Origin: Opitutales bacterium
GTDB lineage: Bacteria; Verrucomicrobiota; Verrucomicrobiia; Opitutales; UBA2987
Direction: 5' to 3'
Length of the DNA stretch: 64,000 nucleotides
NCBI GenBank assembly: GCA_965226885.1
Contig: CBDDEL010000016.1
Location: 608,001 to 672,000 of the forward strand
The notes beneath the pieces are model-generated. The model was not told the DNA's origin, made no database searches, and saw only the letters and a program-made list of their open reading frames with translations. Of the stretch, positions 51,301 to 62,092 are shown in pieces; position 1 is the first letter of the stretch; each line of letters opens with the position of its first letter. The position numbers and the translations under genes are program-made.

Positions 51301-53184
51301 CTATAGCCAGCCGGCGGCCAGAGCCCAGAAAAGGAGAATTCCGGTAAAGAACCAGTAAACATAACCATGAAGACTGCCAATGTGGGTTGCCCGCACCATC
51401 AATCCCGCCAAACCGGTTATAGCGGCGGTTCCGCGCACCATCAGGCCGGAAATGAATAACTGGTCGAATAACCCGAGAAGTTCCACTGCGGGCTGCTGAA
51501 TTTTATCGATATACCACTCGTAAATCTCGTCGAAATAGAGTCGCGCCTGCAAGAAGGCAAAAGCTCGTGGGAGAGTTTTGGCCAGCCGGTCCTGGGCCGC
51601 CCCGGGTTTATAGTAGAGCATTGCCCCCACCAATCCCAGAATTGAGCAACTCGCCGAAAGGATTACCATAAGCGTGTGATCGAAACCATGCGCCTTCGGC
51701 AACTGTTCCAGCAAGCTCTGGACGACTGGCGGGTAAAGCTGGACCATTCCCCCTATAAAAGTGGACCCCAATCCGAGGACGGCCAGGGGAAGGAGCATGA
51801 CAAAGGAGCTTTCTCTGGCATTTTTCGCCGAATCCGATTTAGCCTCCCCGAAAAATACGATGAACCAGAGCCGCCCCATGTAGAGGGCGGTAAGGACGGC
51901 GGAAAATCCTAATATCCCGTAGATGGCCCCATTGCTCTTCAGGGTCAGGTAGAGAATGGGGTCCTTGCTCCAGAATCCGGCCCCGATCCAGGGAATGCCG
52001 GAAATGGCAATCACGCCGATGGTGAAAAAGAGAAAAGTCAGGGGCATTTTCCGGCTGAGGCCGCCCATTTTGAAAATATCCTGTTCGTGATGACAGGCAT
52101 TGATGATGGAGCCGGAACCGAGAAAGAGAAGGCCCTTGAAAAAAGCGTGGGTGGTGAGGTGAAACATGGCCGCCGCCACTCCCGCCAGGATGCCGAAATG
52201 CGAAGACTCCTCCAGCCCGGCCAGAGTTCCCACCCCGAATACCGCCACCATAAAGCCCAATTGGGACAGGGTGGAAAAAGCCAATATCCGCTTGATGTCG
52301 TTTTGGGCGATCGCGCAAAAGGCGGAAAACAGGGCAGTGACCGCGCCAACCCAGGCAATGACAACCAGCGCCTCCGGGGTGAACATGAAAAAGACCCGGC
52401 ACAGGAAATAGACACCCGCCGCCACCATGGTGGCCGCATGGATGAGGGCGGATACCGGTGTAGGGCCTTCCATGGCATCCGGCAGCCAGATGTGCAAAGG
52501 CATTTGGGCCGATTTTCCAAGCACCCCGCAGAGCAGGCAAAGGCCCATGCCGGTGACCAAAAGGCTCGGATTCAAAGCGAGAAGTTCTTTCAACTCCGCC
52601 AAATCGACCGTCCCGTATTGCCAGTAGCACCAGATGATGCCGATGAGGAACCCGAAATCGCCGACCCGGTTGACCAAAAAAGCTTTTTTGGCCGCCTCGG
52701 CCGCTGAATTTTTCTCAAAATAATGACCGATCAGCATGTAGGAACTGAATCCCACCAGCTCCCAGAAAATGAACAGCATGAAGAGGTTGTCGGCCAGCAC
52801 GATGCCGAGCATAGAAAAGAAGAAAAACGAGAGCCCGCCAAAATACCGCCCCTGCGCTTTATCCTCCCGCATGTAGCCGACACTGAACAGGTGTATCCAG
52901 AAACCGACAAAGCTGACCACGAACAGCATAAGGGCGGAAAGCCGGTTGAAGAGAAAACCCATCGAAATGGTAACACTGCCCAGGGTCAGCCATTCTCGGG
53001 ATACATGCAGTTCCTCAATGCCTGAAATATAAACCGCATGGAGTGACAGCAGCATGACTACACCGGCAGCACCGCCCGATAGGATGGAGGCGATCTTTCC
53101 CTTTCTTCGGAAAAAAAGAATGGTCAGCATGGCCGAAACGAGAGGCGCCAGCAAGATGACCGAGAGTATTGGAACGAGGCTCAT
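51301..53184 (-). CDS. nuoL: NADH-quinone oxidoreductase subunit L
   Basis: Motifs KSAQ.PLH.WLPDAMEGPTPVSALIHAATMV and THAFFK. Confidence 0.96.
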   Translation of the reverse strand: MSLVPILSVILLAPLVSAMLTILFFRRKGKIASILSGGAAGVVMLLSLHAVYISGIEELHVSREWLTLGSVTISMGFLFNRLSALMLFVVSFVGFWIHLFSVGYMREDKAQGRYFGGLSFFFFSMLGIVLADNLFMLFIFWELVGFSSYMLIGHYFEKNSAAEAAKKAFLVNRVGDFGFLIGIIWCYWQYGTVDLAELKELLALNPSLLVTGMGLCLLCGVLGKSAQMPLHIWLPDAMEGPTPVSALIHAATMVAAGVYFLCRVFFMFTPEALVVIAWVGAVTALFSAFCAIAQNDIKRILAFSTLSQLGFMVAVFGVGTLAGLEESSHFGILAGVAAAMFHLTTHAFFKGLLFLGSGSIINACHHEQDIFKMGGLSRKMPLTFLFFTIGVIAISGIPWIGAGFWSKDPILYLTLKSNGAIYGILGFSAVLTALYMGRLWFIVFFGEAKSDSAKNARESSFVMLLPLAVLGLGSTFIGGMVQLYPPVVQSLLEQLPKAHGFDHTLMVILSASCSILGLVGAMLYYKPGAAQDRLAKTLPRAFAFLQARLYFDEIYEWYIDKIQQPAVELLGLFDQLFISGLMVRGTAAITGLAGLMVRATHIGSLHGYVYWFFTGILLFWALAAGWL

Positions 53185-53189
53185 TTCTC

Positions 53190-53510
53190 TCAGTTCTTTA
53201 AAGCGTTCATCTCACTCACCAAAACGGTTCCCCGCTTGCGGTAGAGGGCCACGATAATGGCCAGTCCAACGGCCACCTCGGCGGCTGCCACCGTGATGAT
53301 AAAAAACACGAAAACATGCCCATCCATCATGGGATGATCGGGCGTCGCGTTGTAGCGGGAAAAACTGACCAAAGCCAGATTGACGGCGTTGAGCATCAAT
53401 TCCAGCGACATGTAAATAATCAAGGTGTTTCGACGCGCCAGAACACCGAAAACCCCGATCGCAAAGAGCAACCCGGAAATGGTCAAAAAGGCGTTCAGTC
53501 CTACCGTCAT
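53190..53510 (-). CDS. nuoK: NADH-quinone oxidoreductase subunit K
   Basis: Motifs ELMLNA and [10 protein letters not shown]. Confidence 0.95.
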   Translation of the reverse strand: MTVGLNAFLTISGLLFAIGVFGVLARRNTLIIYMSLELMLNAVNLALVSFSRYNATPDHPMMDGHVFVFFIITVAAAEVAVGLAIIVALYRKRGTVLVSEMNALKN

Positions 53511-53538
53511 TATATCAAATTTTGCAATTGGTTTTCGA

Positions 53539-54063
53539 TTAATCCCCGGATGATGTTTCCGTATTGGAGGGTTCTTTTTTGCTGATGTAAATCACCCCCA
53601 CCATGGCGGCCAGCAGCAAAAACCCGATCAGTTGGAATGGGAGCATGTATTTGGTAAATAATTCATAACCGAAATGACGCGACAGAGAGGCCGCCGTTCG
53701 CAAGGGAAGATCCGGTTCGGGCCCCCCCCGGCCCGATGCAAAGAGGCTCAAAACTCCCAGCGCCAGCAGGACAAAGGCCATCCCCGCCGCCACAACGCTG
53801 ATCGCCTTGGGCCGAATTTTGCCCGATCCCTCGACATCCAGCAGCATGATGATAAAGAGAAAGAGTACGACCACGGCGCCGGCGTAAACCAGAGTCTGGA
53901 TAACTGCCAAAAAATAAGATTCCAACAATACGAACAGGGCCGCTATCCCGACAAGAGAAACGATGAGGGACATCGCTCCATTAACAGGATTGCGACTTAC
54001 CACCACGAAAAAAGCGGAAACGAGGATCCCGGAAGCAAATAAATAAAAAAGAATGTCTTCCAT
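53539..54063 (-). CDS. nuoJ: NADH-quinone oxidoreductase subunit J
   Basis: Motif [16 protein letters not shown]. Confidence 0.94.
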   Translation of the reverse strand: MEDILFYLFASGILVSAFFVVVSRNPVNGAMSLIVSLVGIAALFVLLESYFLAVIQTLVYAGAVVVLFLFIIMLLDVEGSGKIRPKAISVVAAGMAFVLLALGVLSLFASGRGGPEPDLPLRTAASLSRHFGYELFTKYMLPFQLIGFLLLAAMVGVIYISKKEPSNTETSSGD

Positions 54064-54103
54064 GAATAATTAAGAACTGAAAAGGCTTTTTAACCGGGCC
54101 GGT

Positions 54104-54631
54104 TTAGTCCTGCGCGGCCTGTTGTTTTTTCTCCCATTTATAATGTTGATCGGGCAGTGTTCCTCCCAGTTCGTAGAGTTTGGATTTGGAAAAGACCATT
54201 TCTTCCCGGCTGTAGCCCGAAAGTGAGAACACATTTTGCAAAAATATAGCCTCCTCCGGGCAAACTTCCTGGCAAAACCCACAATATATGCACCGCAGCA
54301 TGTCGATATCGAATTCCTTGGGCGCCTTTTCGACATGAGCATTTTCAGCATCTTCGGGAATCTCTCCCGGCACTATGCGTATGGCTTTGGGCGGACAGAC
54401 AAATTCGCATAATTGGCAGGATACGCATTTCTCCCGTCCCGCCGGGTCTTTGACCAGGGTGGGGATTCCGCGATAACCGTTGGGTATTACCGGCCGCACA
54501 TCGGGGTATTCTAGGGTCACGTTTCTTTTGAACATATTCCACAGGGTAATCTTCAATCCCATGATAATCTGTGGAAGATAGGTTCTTTCAGCCCAACTAA
54601 GGGGCTTTCGCTCTAATTTTTTATAGGCCAT
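54104..54631 (-). CDS. nuoI: NADH-quinone oxidoreductase subunit I
   Basis: Two CxxCxxCxxxCP motifs. Confidence 0.95.
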   Translation of the reverse strand: MAYKKLERKPLSWAERTYLPQIIMGLKITLWNMFKRNVTLEYPDVRPVIPNGYRGIPTLVKDPAGREKCVSCQLCEFVCPPKAIRIVPGEIPEDAENAHVEKAPKEFDIDMLRCIYCGFCQEVCPEEAIFLQNVFSLSGYSREEMVFSKSKLYELGGTLPDQHYKWEKKQQAAQD

Positions 54632-54670
54632 GCCGGACGAAATTTAAAATGACTCATGATTCACTATGGT

Positions 54671-55756
54671 TCAAACGATCCAATATTCAAATAAAGCGAT
54701 GAGAATGGCATTCAAAATCAGATTGCCTAGGGCCAGCGGAAGCAGGATCACCCAACCCAGCCGCATGATCTGGTCGTAACGGAATCGGGGCAGGGTCCAT
54801 CGAATCCAGATGAAGAAAAACACGACGGTTAACACTTTGCCCAGAAACCAGAGGGTTGAGAGGAGTCCGCCCAGCCAGCCCTCCGGCCAGGGGGAAGGAA
54901 TACCGGGCAGAAAATTCCATCCACCGAAATAAAGAATGACCAAAACCCCTGAACCGATGACAATGTTCGTATATTCGCCCACGAAAAAGAGGCCGAACTT
55001 CATCGACCCGTATTCGGTATGGTAACCGGACACCAACTCCGTTTCCGCTTCCGCCATGTCGAAGGGCATACGATTGGTTTCCGCGAACAAGGCCACCAGG
55101 AATATCAGCGCGGACAAGGGCTGCCAGAATACCAGCCAGACCTGATCCTGTGATTGCACCACATTGAAAAGGCTCATCCCCGTTTCCGTTCCCGGCGCGT
55201 TGGCCCACAAAAATGCCGGCAGGATGGAAAGCCCCATGGCCAGCTCGTAGGAAATCATTTGCGCGGAGGCGCGAATACCTCCCAGAAACGGGTATTTGCT
55301 GTTCGCCGACCATCCCGCGAGGATGATGCCGTAAACGCCCAAAGAGGACACTGCCAGGAGAAAAAGCATCCCGATATCGACGTTGGCCAGCACCAGCGGC
55401 GCTCCATCCATCTCCCCGAAAGGCAGCACCACCATGATCGTCATGGCCGGTATAAAAGCCAGGCAAGGAGCCAGAAAATAGTAAAACAGGTTCACATGGC
55501 CGGGCACCGGGTCTTCCTTGAAGATGAATTTCAACCCATCCGCCAAGGGTTGAAAAAGTCCCATTCGGGTGAGGAAATTTCCCAAAATGGGGATATGGCC
55601 CAAAAAAGGCAGTCTAGTGCGGTTGGGCCCGGGCCGCCCCTGGATCCACGCGGCGATTTTGCGCTCTGCCAACACCGCGTAGGCGGCAATTCCCATGACA
55701 ACGGAAATCATGATGACCGCCTTGAGCAAAGCTATTAATACGGGCTGGTAAATCAT
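54671..55756 (-). CDS. nuoH: NADH-quinone oxidoreductase subunit H
   Basis: Motifs ERK....Q.R.GPN, AQMISYE, ETNR.PFD..EAE.ELV. Confidence 0.96.
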   Translation of the reverse strand: MIYQPVLIALLKAVIMISVVMGIAAYAVLAERKIAAWIQGRPGPNRTRLPFLGHIPILGNFLTRMGLFQPLADGLKFIFKEDPVPGHVNLFYYFLAPCLAFIPAMTIMVVLPFGEMDGAPLVLANVDIGMLFLLAVSSLGVYGIILAGWSANSKYPFLGGIRASAQMISYELAMGLSILPAFLWANAPGTETGMSLFNVVQSQDQVWLVFWQPLSALIFLVALFAETNRMPFDMAEAETELVSGYHTEYGSMKFGLFFVGEYTNIVIGSGVLVILYFGGWNFLPGIPSPWPEGWLGGLLSTLWFLGKVLTVVFFFIWIRWTLPRFRYDQIMRLGWVILLPLALGNLILNAILIALFEYWIV

Positions 55757-57465
55757 CCCACCTCCTCCGTAGTTTTACTCTTTTCGCTCAGGGGGTCGTA
55801 GTGAAGGCTTTGGCCTTCGATAAACGGCAGATGCTCCCACTCGGAACCGTCAATTAAAAGACCTGTTTCCGGGATGTTTGCAAAATCCACCCCGGCCATT
55901 GGTGGAATTTCGTTTTTCATTTTCGCCCAAACATCGTTTGGACAAGTGGCCGCATCCGATTCGAGATGTAAACGGCAAAGCAATTCGCTCAAGGGAATAA
56001 TATCGACGGAAACTCCCGCTGGTCCCGGCACACAGGTATGAAATTTCTGGAGGCGAAACTGCTGGTTAATGAACGTGCCGGACTTTTCGAAAACGGTCAG
56101 GGTCGGAAAGACCACATGGGCAACTTCCCCAGTTTCGTTGCAGTGGGTTCCGAAATAGATCAGGTTGGTTTTCTCCAGGAGGTCCCGCCCTATGCCGCAC
56201 CGAGTGAGGTCCTCTCCAAAAGACAGGATGGTCTTTACCTCACCGGTTTCCAAGGCCTGGGCCAGGTTTGTCAGGTTTGGCTGAGGCAGAGTTTTTATCA
56301 ATCCCGTCAGGAGCGCCCCCCGCACATTGGGATTTCGATCCGCCGATATGAGAAGTCCATCCCCCTCTTCGGTCCGGCTGACCAGCGAAACGGAAACCGC
56401 ATCGACCGCCTGGGCCGTTTTCCTCAGCAGGTATTGTTCCTCCACACTGGCCCGGCCGGATCCCACAATGGCCACCGGTCCCTTTTCCAATAGAACCGCC
56501 GCTTCCTCCACCGCCTCCTCCGCCGGGGTATGTCTTCCTCCGATCGTGTAGTGGACCAGACGGTCCTCGGAATCGACCGATTTGTAGAGATTGCGTCCGC
56601 TGTCCGGCATCCAGGTATCATTCACCTCATCATTGCGCCGGGGTTTGATGCGGTAAATTATTCCCTCCCTGCTGTCGACCACGGTATTTACGCCCACACT
56701 GCTCTCGGTGCAGATGCTTGGCCTCTCCTTGAGAAACCAAACCCGCATCTTAAATCGAAAGTCGATGCTCGTGAGCGCTCCCACCGGGCAAATATCGACC
56801 GTGTTGAGGGAGTAATTGTTTTGCAGGGTCTTGCCAGGAAAACAGGTCAAGGTTGAATAACTGCCGCGGTCGATAAACCCGAGAACGTCGTCCTCGGCCA
56901 CCTCTTTGCAAAAACGTATGCAGCGCGAGCACAGGATGCATCGCTCGTCATCCAGCATGACCCGGGGCCCCAGGCGGGTCCGCTTGGGTTTGACATTTTT
57001 GTCTTCAATGAACCGGCTGTATCCGCGCCCGTAATCGGCGGCATACTCCTGCAAACTGCATTCGCCCGCCTGGTCGCAAATGGGGCAATCGAGCGGGTGA
57101 TTGATGAGGAGAAACTCCATCACTCCATTGCGGCAGTCGCGTACGAGTTGGGAATCGGTTCGAATATGAATACCGGGCAGCGCTTTGGTGGCGCAGGCAA
57201 TGGCCGGACGCGGCAGCCAGCCGATTTTCTGCAAACCCCGCCGGTCAAGGATCGGTTCCCCTGTTGCACGGTCCTTCAGCGGCATGCCGTACTCCATCAG
57301 GCACATGCGGCAGTTTCCCGGTACGCTGAGTTTGGGATGGTAGCAATAGTGCGGCACCTCTTTCCCGGCCAACCGGGCCGCCTCGATCATGTTCGTGCCG
57401 GTGGGAACATGAATTTCCTCTTCGTCGATGAAAACGCTGATCAAGTTATTGTCCTTCTCCTTCAT
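55753..57465 (-). CDS. nuoG: NADH-quinone oxidoreductase subunit G (short form)
   Basis: Motifs CYHP.L...GNCRMC, HPLDCPICDQAGEC, CILC.RC.RFC. Confidence 0.93.
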   Translation of the reverse strand: MKEKDNNLISVFIDEEEIHVPTGTNMIEAARLAGKEVPHYCYHPKLSVPGNCRMCLMEYGMPLKDRATGEPILDRRGLQKIGWLPRPAIACATKALPGIHIRTDSQLVRDCRNGVMEFLLINHPLDCPICDQAGECSLQEYAADYGRGYSRFIEDKNVKPKRTRLGPRVMLDDERCILCSRCIRFCKEVAEDDVLGFIDRGSYSTLTCFPGKTLQNNYSLNTVDICPVGALTSIDFRFKMRVWFLKERPSICTESSVGVNTVVDSREGIIYRIKPRRNDEVNDTWMPDSGRNLYKSVDSEDRLVHYTIGGRHTPAEEAVEEAAVLLEKGPVAIVGSGRASVEEQYLLRKTAQAVDAVSVSLVSRTEEGDGLLISADRNPNVRGALLTGLIKTLPQPNLTNLAQALETGEVKTILSFGEDLTRCGIGRDLLEKTNLIYFGTHCNETGEVAHVVFPTLTVFEKSGTFINQQFRLQKFHTCVPGPAGVSVDIIPLSELLCRLHLESDAATCPNDVWAKMKNEIPPMAGVDFANIPETGLLIDGSEWEHLPFIEGQSLHYDPLSEKSKTTEEVG

Positions 57466-57502
57466 CTGGTTTTTGAATGCGACATAAAATTCTTTAGCTC
57501 TG

Positions 57503-58867
57503 TCAGATAAGCCGGTTTTCGTTCTTGTTTTTGGGAGAATGATTTTCGGTGGACTTGGCCGCAAACTCGTCCTTGAATTTTGCCACAAAACTTTGCGTCG
57601 GCCAGGAACAGGCCTCTCCAAAGGCGCAAATTGTGCGGCCCTCGATCTGGTGGCTTATGGAGACCAATAAATCCGCATCTTCTGCCCGCGCCTGCCCTTG
57701 GCACATGCGTGTGGTTACTTTCTTCATCCAGAGCGATCCCTCCCGGCATGGGGTGCACTGCCCGCAGCTTTCATGGGCGTAAAAGGCATTCAGGTTGGCC
57801 AGGGCCTGCACCATATCGACCGTATCGTCCATCACAATGACTCCCCCTGAACCGGACATGGTGCCTACCGCCATGAAGCTGTCAAAATCCAGCGGAATAT
57901 CCTTGATCCCCCAGTCGAAGGCGGTTCCATCCCGCAGGTGGCCTTCAAAGCGCTCGTCGGCCCGCAGTATTTTGGCCGAGGAACCGCCCGGAATAACTGC
58001 TTTTAATTTTCTTCCCGGGAGCATTCCGCCGCAAACTTCATAAATTAGGTCCCCAAGCGTAATGGCGCTGCCCTCGAATTCATAATAGCCCGGTTTTTTC
58101 ACCTGCCCGCTCACACACCAGATACGGGTTCCGGTGGCGCCAGGCGTTCCCGTACTGGAATACTCCTCCCCGCCAATTTCCACGACGCGCTTGATATTGC
58201 ACAACGTTTCCACGTTATTGACAATGGTGGGGCACTGGTAGAGGCCGAGCACGGCGGGAAAATAGGGTGGTTTGATCCGTGGATAAGGCCGCTTCCCTTC
58301 GAGGGATTCAATGAGTCCGGTTTCTTCCCCGCAGATGTAAGCTCCGGCCCCGCGATGGACCACGATTTCACAGGAGTAATCGCTACCTAGTATATTGGGG
58401 CCGGTGAAATGGGAAGAACGCGCCTCCTCAATCGCCTTTTCGAGTATGCGGGCGCCCTCCGGAAATTCCTCCCGGATATAAATGAAGGCCAGCTTTGTGC
58501 CCGTGGCATAGGCGGCAATCATCATGCCCTCGATCAACTGGTGGGGGTCCTTGTGGATGATTTGCCGATCTTTGAAAGTGCCCGGTTCGGACTCATCGGC
58601 ATTGCAAATCAGGTAAATCGGCTTGCCCGACTTGCGGTCCAGAAACTTCCACTTCATGCCGGCCGGGAAACCGGCCCCACCCCGGCCCCTCAATCCGGAA
58701 AGCTCCACCTCATAGCACAGATCCTCCGGCTGCATGGCAAATGCCTTGCGCAGCGCCTCGTAGCCGCCGTTGCGCACATAGCAATCCAGATCGTTACTGT
58801 AACCGGGCTGGTCAACGTGTTTTAAAATTACTCTGGTTTCGGCGGGAGGCATGGTCGTTTCTATCAC
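57503..58867 (-). CDS. nuoF: NADH-quinone oxidoreductase subunit F
   Basis: Motifs GRGGAGFP, NADESEPG, GAYICGEE, ESCGQCTPCREG. Confidence 0.96.
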   Translation of the reverse strand: MIETTMPPAETRVILKHVDQPGYSNDLDCYVRNGGYEALRKAFAMQPEDLCYEVELSGLRGRGGAGFPAGMKWKFLDRKSGKPIYLICNADESEPGTFKDRQIIHKDPHQLIEGMMIAAYATGTKLAFIYIREEFPEGARILEKAIEEARSSHFTGPNILGSDYSCEIVVHRGAGAYICGEETGLIESLEGKRPYPRIKPPYFPAVLGLYQCPTIVNNVETLCNIKRVVEIGGEEYSSTGTPGATGTRIWCVSGQVKKPGYYEFEGSAITLGDLIYEVCGGMLPGRKLKAVIPGGSSAKILRADERFEGHLRDGTAFDWGIKDIPLDFDSFMAVGTMSGSGGVIVMDDTVDMVQALANLNAFYAHESCGQCTPCREGSLWMKKVTTRMCQGQARAEDADLLVSISHQIEGRTICAFGEACSWPTQSFVAKFKDEFAAKSTENHSPKNKNENRLI

Positions 58868-59346
58868 TCTCCGATTTCAGCTTTAATTTCCTCGGCGATG
58901 GCCATTGCTCTGGATTCGTCCACATTTTCATAAAAAACTTCATCCACCATGACCACCGGCCCTGTGCCGCAACCGGCCAGGCATTCCGCGAACTCAATCT
59001 GCACCTCGCCGTCCCCGGAGGGATTTTCCAGAGTGCAGCCCAACTCCTTTTGCAGCGTTTCGCAAATTTTATAGGCGCCGGACAGTGCACAGGGAAGCGT
59101 CCGGCAGACCCTGACCAGCCGCCGGGCGCCGGGCTTCTCTCTGAAAAAGGGATAAAAAGTAACCAGCTCGTAAACGTGGATGGGCTCAATCTCCAGTTTT
59201 TCCGCAATCCACTCCATAGATTCTCCCGAAATATAACCCTGATCAGCCTGGACATAATGCAGCAAGGGCAATACCGCGCTTCGCTTGACCGGATATTTGG
59301 GTATCACGGCCTCAATTTGCTCAAGTGTCTCCGGTTTCAGTTCCAT
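58864..59346 (-). CDS. nuoE: NADH-quinone oxidoreductase subunit E
   Basis: 2Fe-2S motif C....C...CLAGC. Confidence 0.94.
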   Translation of the reverse strand: MELKPETLEQIEAVIPKYPVKRSAVLPLLHYVQADQGYISGESMEWIAEKLEIEPIHVYELVTFYPFFREKPGARRLVRVCRTLPCALSGAYKICETLQKELGCTLENPSGDGEVQIEFAECLAGCGTGPVVMVDEVFYENVDESRAMAIAEEIKAEIGE

Positions 59347-59448
59347 GTCAGTTGGTAATTTTTAAGTCAATGGTGTCAAAATGAGAAAAGACGGATACCG
59401 TCAACTTTTGAATTCTGTCATCTGTCTCCTGATTCCTGACACCCTCAA

Positions 59449-60690
59449 TCATCGATCGCACTCCCCTAGAACAAAATCGAAACTGCCCAGAATCACCGGG
59501 ATATCCGCCACCATGCAGCCTTTCAAAAGCCGGGAAAGGATGCTCAAATTACAGAAACTGGGCGCCCGGATTTTCAGCCGGTAGGGAACCCCTCCTCCCT
59601 TGGAAACGATGTAAAACCCGAGAGCCCCCTTCGGGTTTTCCGCCTCGAAATAGACTTCGCCGGGTGGAATTTGCGGTCCTTCCGTTACAAGCATGAAATT
59701 CTGGATAAGCTCTTCCATGCTGGTGAGAATCCTGTCTTTGGGCGGGGTGTAGATTTTTCTCGCTTCCTCGGCATACCAGGGGCCGTCCGGGATCTGGTCG
59801 ATGGCCTGCCGGACAATCCCAACGCTCTGCCGTATTTCCTCCATACGCACCAGCCAGCGGTCATAACAATCGCCTGTGCTGCCTACCGGCACATCGAAAT
59901 CGTAATTTTCATATCCGCTGTAAGGATTGGTTTTACGCAGGTCGATAGTCACCCCGCTGGCCCTCAGGTTGGGCCCGCTCAACCCATAGCTTATGGCATC
60001 TTCGGGCGATATGACGCCAATGCCAACGGTGCGGTCGTAAAAAATGCGGTTGCGGGTCAGAAGTTTGTCGATATCCTCAATGACTGGCTCGAACTGGTTG
60101 AGGAAATGGATGACATTTCCAAGCCAGCCCTCCGACAAATCCCGGGCCAGGCCGCCTATGCGGGTGTAGCTGGTGGTAAATCGGGCCCCGGTCAACTGCT
60201 CAAAAAGGGTGTAGAGCCTTTCCCTTTCCGTAAAAGTGTACATAAACACAGTGAGCGCGCCAGTATCCATGCCGTAAACCCCGACCCCGAGGAGGTGCGA
60301 CGATATCCTGGCCAGTTCGCAGCAAATTACTCGAATGGCCTGGCAGCGCGGCGGCACTTCCAGCCCGGCCAGTTTTTCAACCGCCAGCACATAAGCGACA
60401 TTGTTGGCCAGCGGTGCAATATAATCGAGCCGATCGGTATAGGGCACAAACTGGTTGTAGGTCATGTTTTCGGCGATTTTTTCATCACCCCGGTGCAGGT
60501 AGCCGATAACCGGCTCGATCTCCGTTACCACCTCCCCATCCAGCTTGACCTTCAGACGCAATACTCCGTGGGTGCTCGGGTGGGACGGCCCCACATTGAT
60601 GTTCATGATCTCTCCCTTGAGATCCTCTTCAAATGCAACGGCGCGGTTGACCACATCCCCTAGGGAAACTTCTTTTTCCTGATCTGCCAT
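59449..60690 (-). CDS. nuoD: NADH-quinone oxidoreductase subunit D
   Basis: Motifs GPSHPSTHGVLR, GYLHRG.EK, DRLDY, GECDR. Confidence 0.96.
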   Translation of the reverse strand: MADQEKEVSLGDVVNRAVAFEEDLKGEIMNINVGPSHPSTHGVLRLKVKLDGEVVTEIEPVIGYLHRGDEKIAENMTYNQFVPYTDRLDYIAPLANNVAYVLAVEKLAGLEVPPRCQAIRVICCELARISSHLLGVGVYGMDTGALTVFMYTFTERERLYTLFEQLTGARFTTSYTRIGGLARDLSEGWLGNVIHFLNQFEPVIEDIDKLLTRNRIFYDRTVGIGVISPEDAISYGLSGPNLRASGVTIDLRKTNPYSGYENYDFDVPVGSTGDCYDRWLVRMEEIRQSVGIVRQAIDQIPDGPWYAEEARKIYTPPKDRILTSMEELIQNFMLVTEGPQIPPGEVYFEAENPKGALGFYIVSKGGGVPYRLKIRAPSFCNLSILSRLLKGCMVADIPVILGSFDFVLGECDR

Positions 60691-60745
60691 TGGTCGTTTC
60701 GGTCTGCGCGTAATGTCTTGTCTGTTTAAAAATACTGATAAGACA

Positions 60746-60829
60746 ACGGATTACACGGATGAGCTTGGATTATTAAAAAGAGTATCCATCCCTATTAAAA
60801 AAATACCTGTGTTTATCCGTGTAATCCGT
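60746..60829. repeat. 15-bp perfect inverted repeat (ACGGATTACACGGAT) between nuoC and nuoD
   Basis: Arms at 60746-60760 and 60815-60829. Confidence 0.9.
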
Positions 60830-60851
60830 GGTTGAAAAATTGGAGAGTGAT

Positions 60852-61469
60852 TCATTGGCCGGAGGGTTTTTTCCTTTTTTCTGACCAGCTTTCATCGTTC
60901 CCTCTGGGTTCGCTTTCACTCATGCGTCCTCCCGGTGTGGAATGGAACGGCCCCCCCTCCATGGGAGCGGGTCTCACTTTTTCCTTCGTTGCCAAGGCCA
61001 CATCGGCAGCTGGCAAATCGGCCTCTTGGCCGGCCAGCGGGAAATCTTTGCGCAAAGGGTGGTAGGGGTAACCGTCCCACATCAATATCCTTTTCAGATT
61101 GGGGTGGCCGCTAAAATCGATCCCAAACATGTCAAAAGCCTCGCGTTCATGCCAATCGGCGCCAGCCCACAATCCGGTGGCCGAAGGCATGGTCGGGGGC
61201 TCACCCTGGGGGCATTTCGAAGCCACCCGGAAGTAGGTGTGCTTTTGAGTATTGTATAAATGATAAACCACCGTAAAGCGGGGCGTTTCGCCCATATTGT
61301 CGATCGCGGTTAGGTCCGAGAGCATGTCAAAACCGCGCTGGTCCTTCAACATTTTCAGAAATTCCAGCAACCGGTTAGATAGACAATTGACCGCAGGCCA
61401 ATCCGCACTGGGCCGGTTTTCCAGATAGTCGAAACTCTCCACGAGCCCATTCAAAAATTCATCCTGCAT
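60852..61469 (-). CDS. nuoC: NADH-quinone oxidoreductase subunit C
   Basis: Motif WHERE..DMFGI.F.GHP.L.RIL....HPLRKDFPL. Confidence 0.95.
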   Translation of the reverse strand: MQDEFLNGLVESFDYLENRPSADWPAVNCLSNRLLEFLKMLKDQRGFDMLSDLTAIDNMGETPRFTVVYHLYNTQKHTYFRVASKCPQGEPPTMPSATGLWAGADWHEREAFDMFGIDFSGHPNLKRILMWDGYPYHPLRKDFPLAGQEADLPAADVALATKEKVRPAPMEGGPFHSTPGGRMSESEPRGNDESWSEKRKKPSGQ

Positions 61470-61484
61470 GAGGCCGGAGTGGGT

Positions 61485-61994
61485 TTAGCTGGAAAACAGT
61501 CTCCGGGCCGATTTTTCGCGGCCGATTTTTTTCTGCAGAGCCATCAAACCGTCCAGAAGAGCTTCCGGCCGGGGCGGACAACCGCTGATATAAACATCCA
61601 CCGGGATGATGCGGTCCACCCCCTGCAATACGGCATAAGAGCGGTACATACCTCCCGTGGAGGCGCAGGCCCCCATCGCCACCACCCATTTGGGAGCCGC
61701 CATTTGGTCGTAAATTCGCCGCACTACCTCGGACATTTTGTAGGTAACCGTCCCGGCCACGATCATGCAATCGCTTTGCCGAGGAGAGAAACGCATGACC
61801 TCCATGCCGAAGCGGCTGATGTCAAAACGCGACCCCCCGGCGGCCATCAATTCAATCGCGCAACAGGCCAGACCCATCGGCATCGGCCACACGGAGTGCT
61901 GGCGCACCCAGTTAACCACAGCATCAAGCCGCGAGACGATCACGTCTCCCTCAACTTTGCTATCGTAAGTATAAACCGTGTCAGAGTTGCTCAT
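61485..61994 (-). CDS. nuoB: NADH-quinone oxidoreductase subunit B
   Basis: Motifs [22 protein letters not shown]. Confidence 0.96.
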   Translation of the reverse strand: MSNSDTVYTYDSKVEGDVIVSRLDAVVNWVRQHSVWPMPMGLACCAIELMAAGGSRFDISRFGMEVMRFSPRQSDCMIVAGTVTYKMSEVVRRIYDQMAAPKWVVAMGACASTGGMYRSYAVLQGVDRIIPVDVYISGCPPRPEALLDGLMALQKKIGREKSARRLFSS

Positions 61995-62092
61995 CCGCCC
62001 ATAGCCAGCCCATTTTTAGATCTTTTCCCATGCTCTCTATATGGCAAGCTATTTGGCAAGCTATTCAGAAAAATTAAACAAGACCTAATGTA

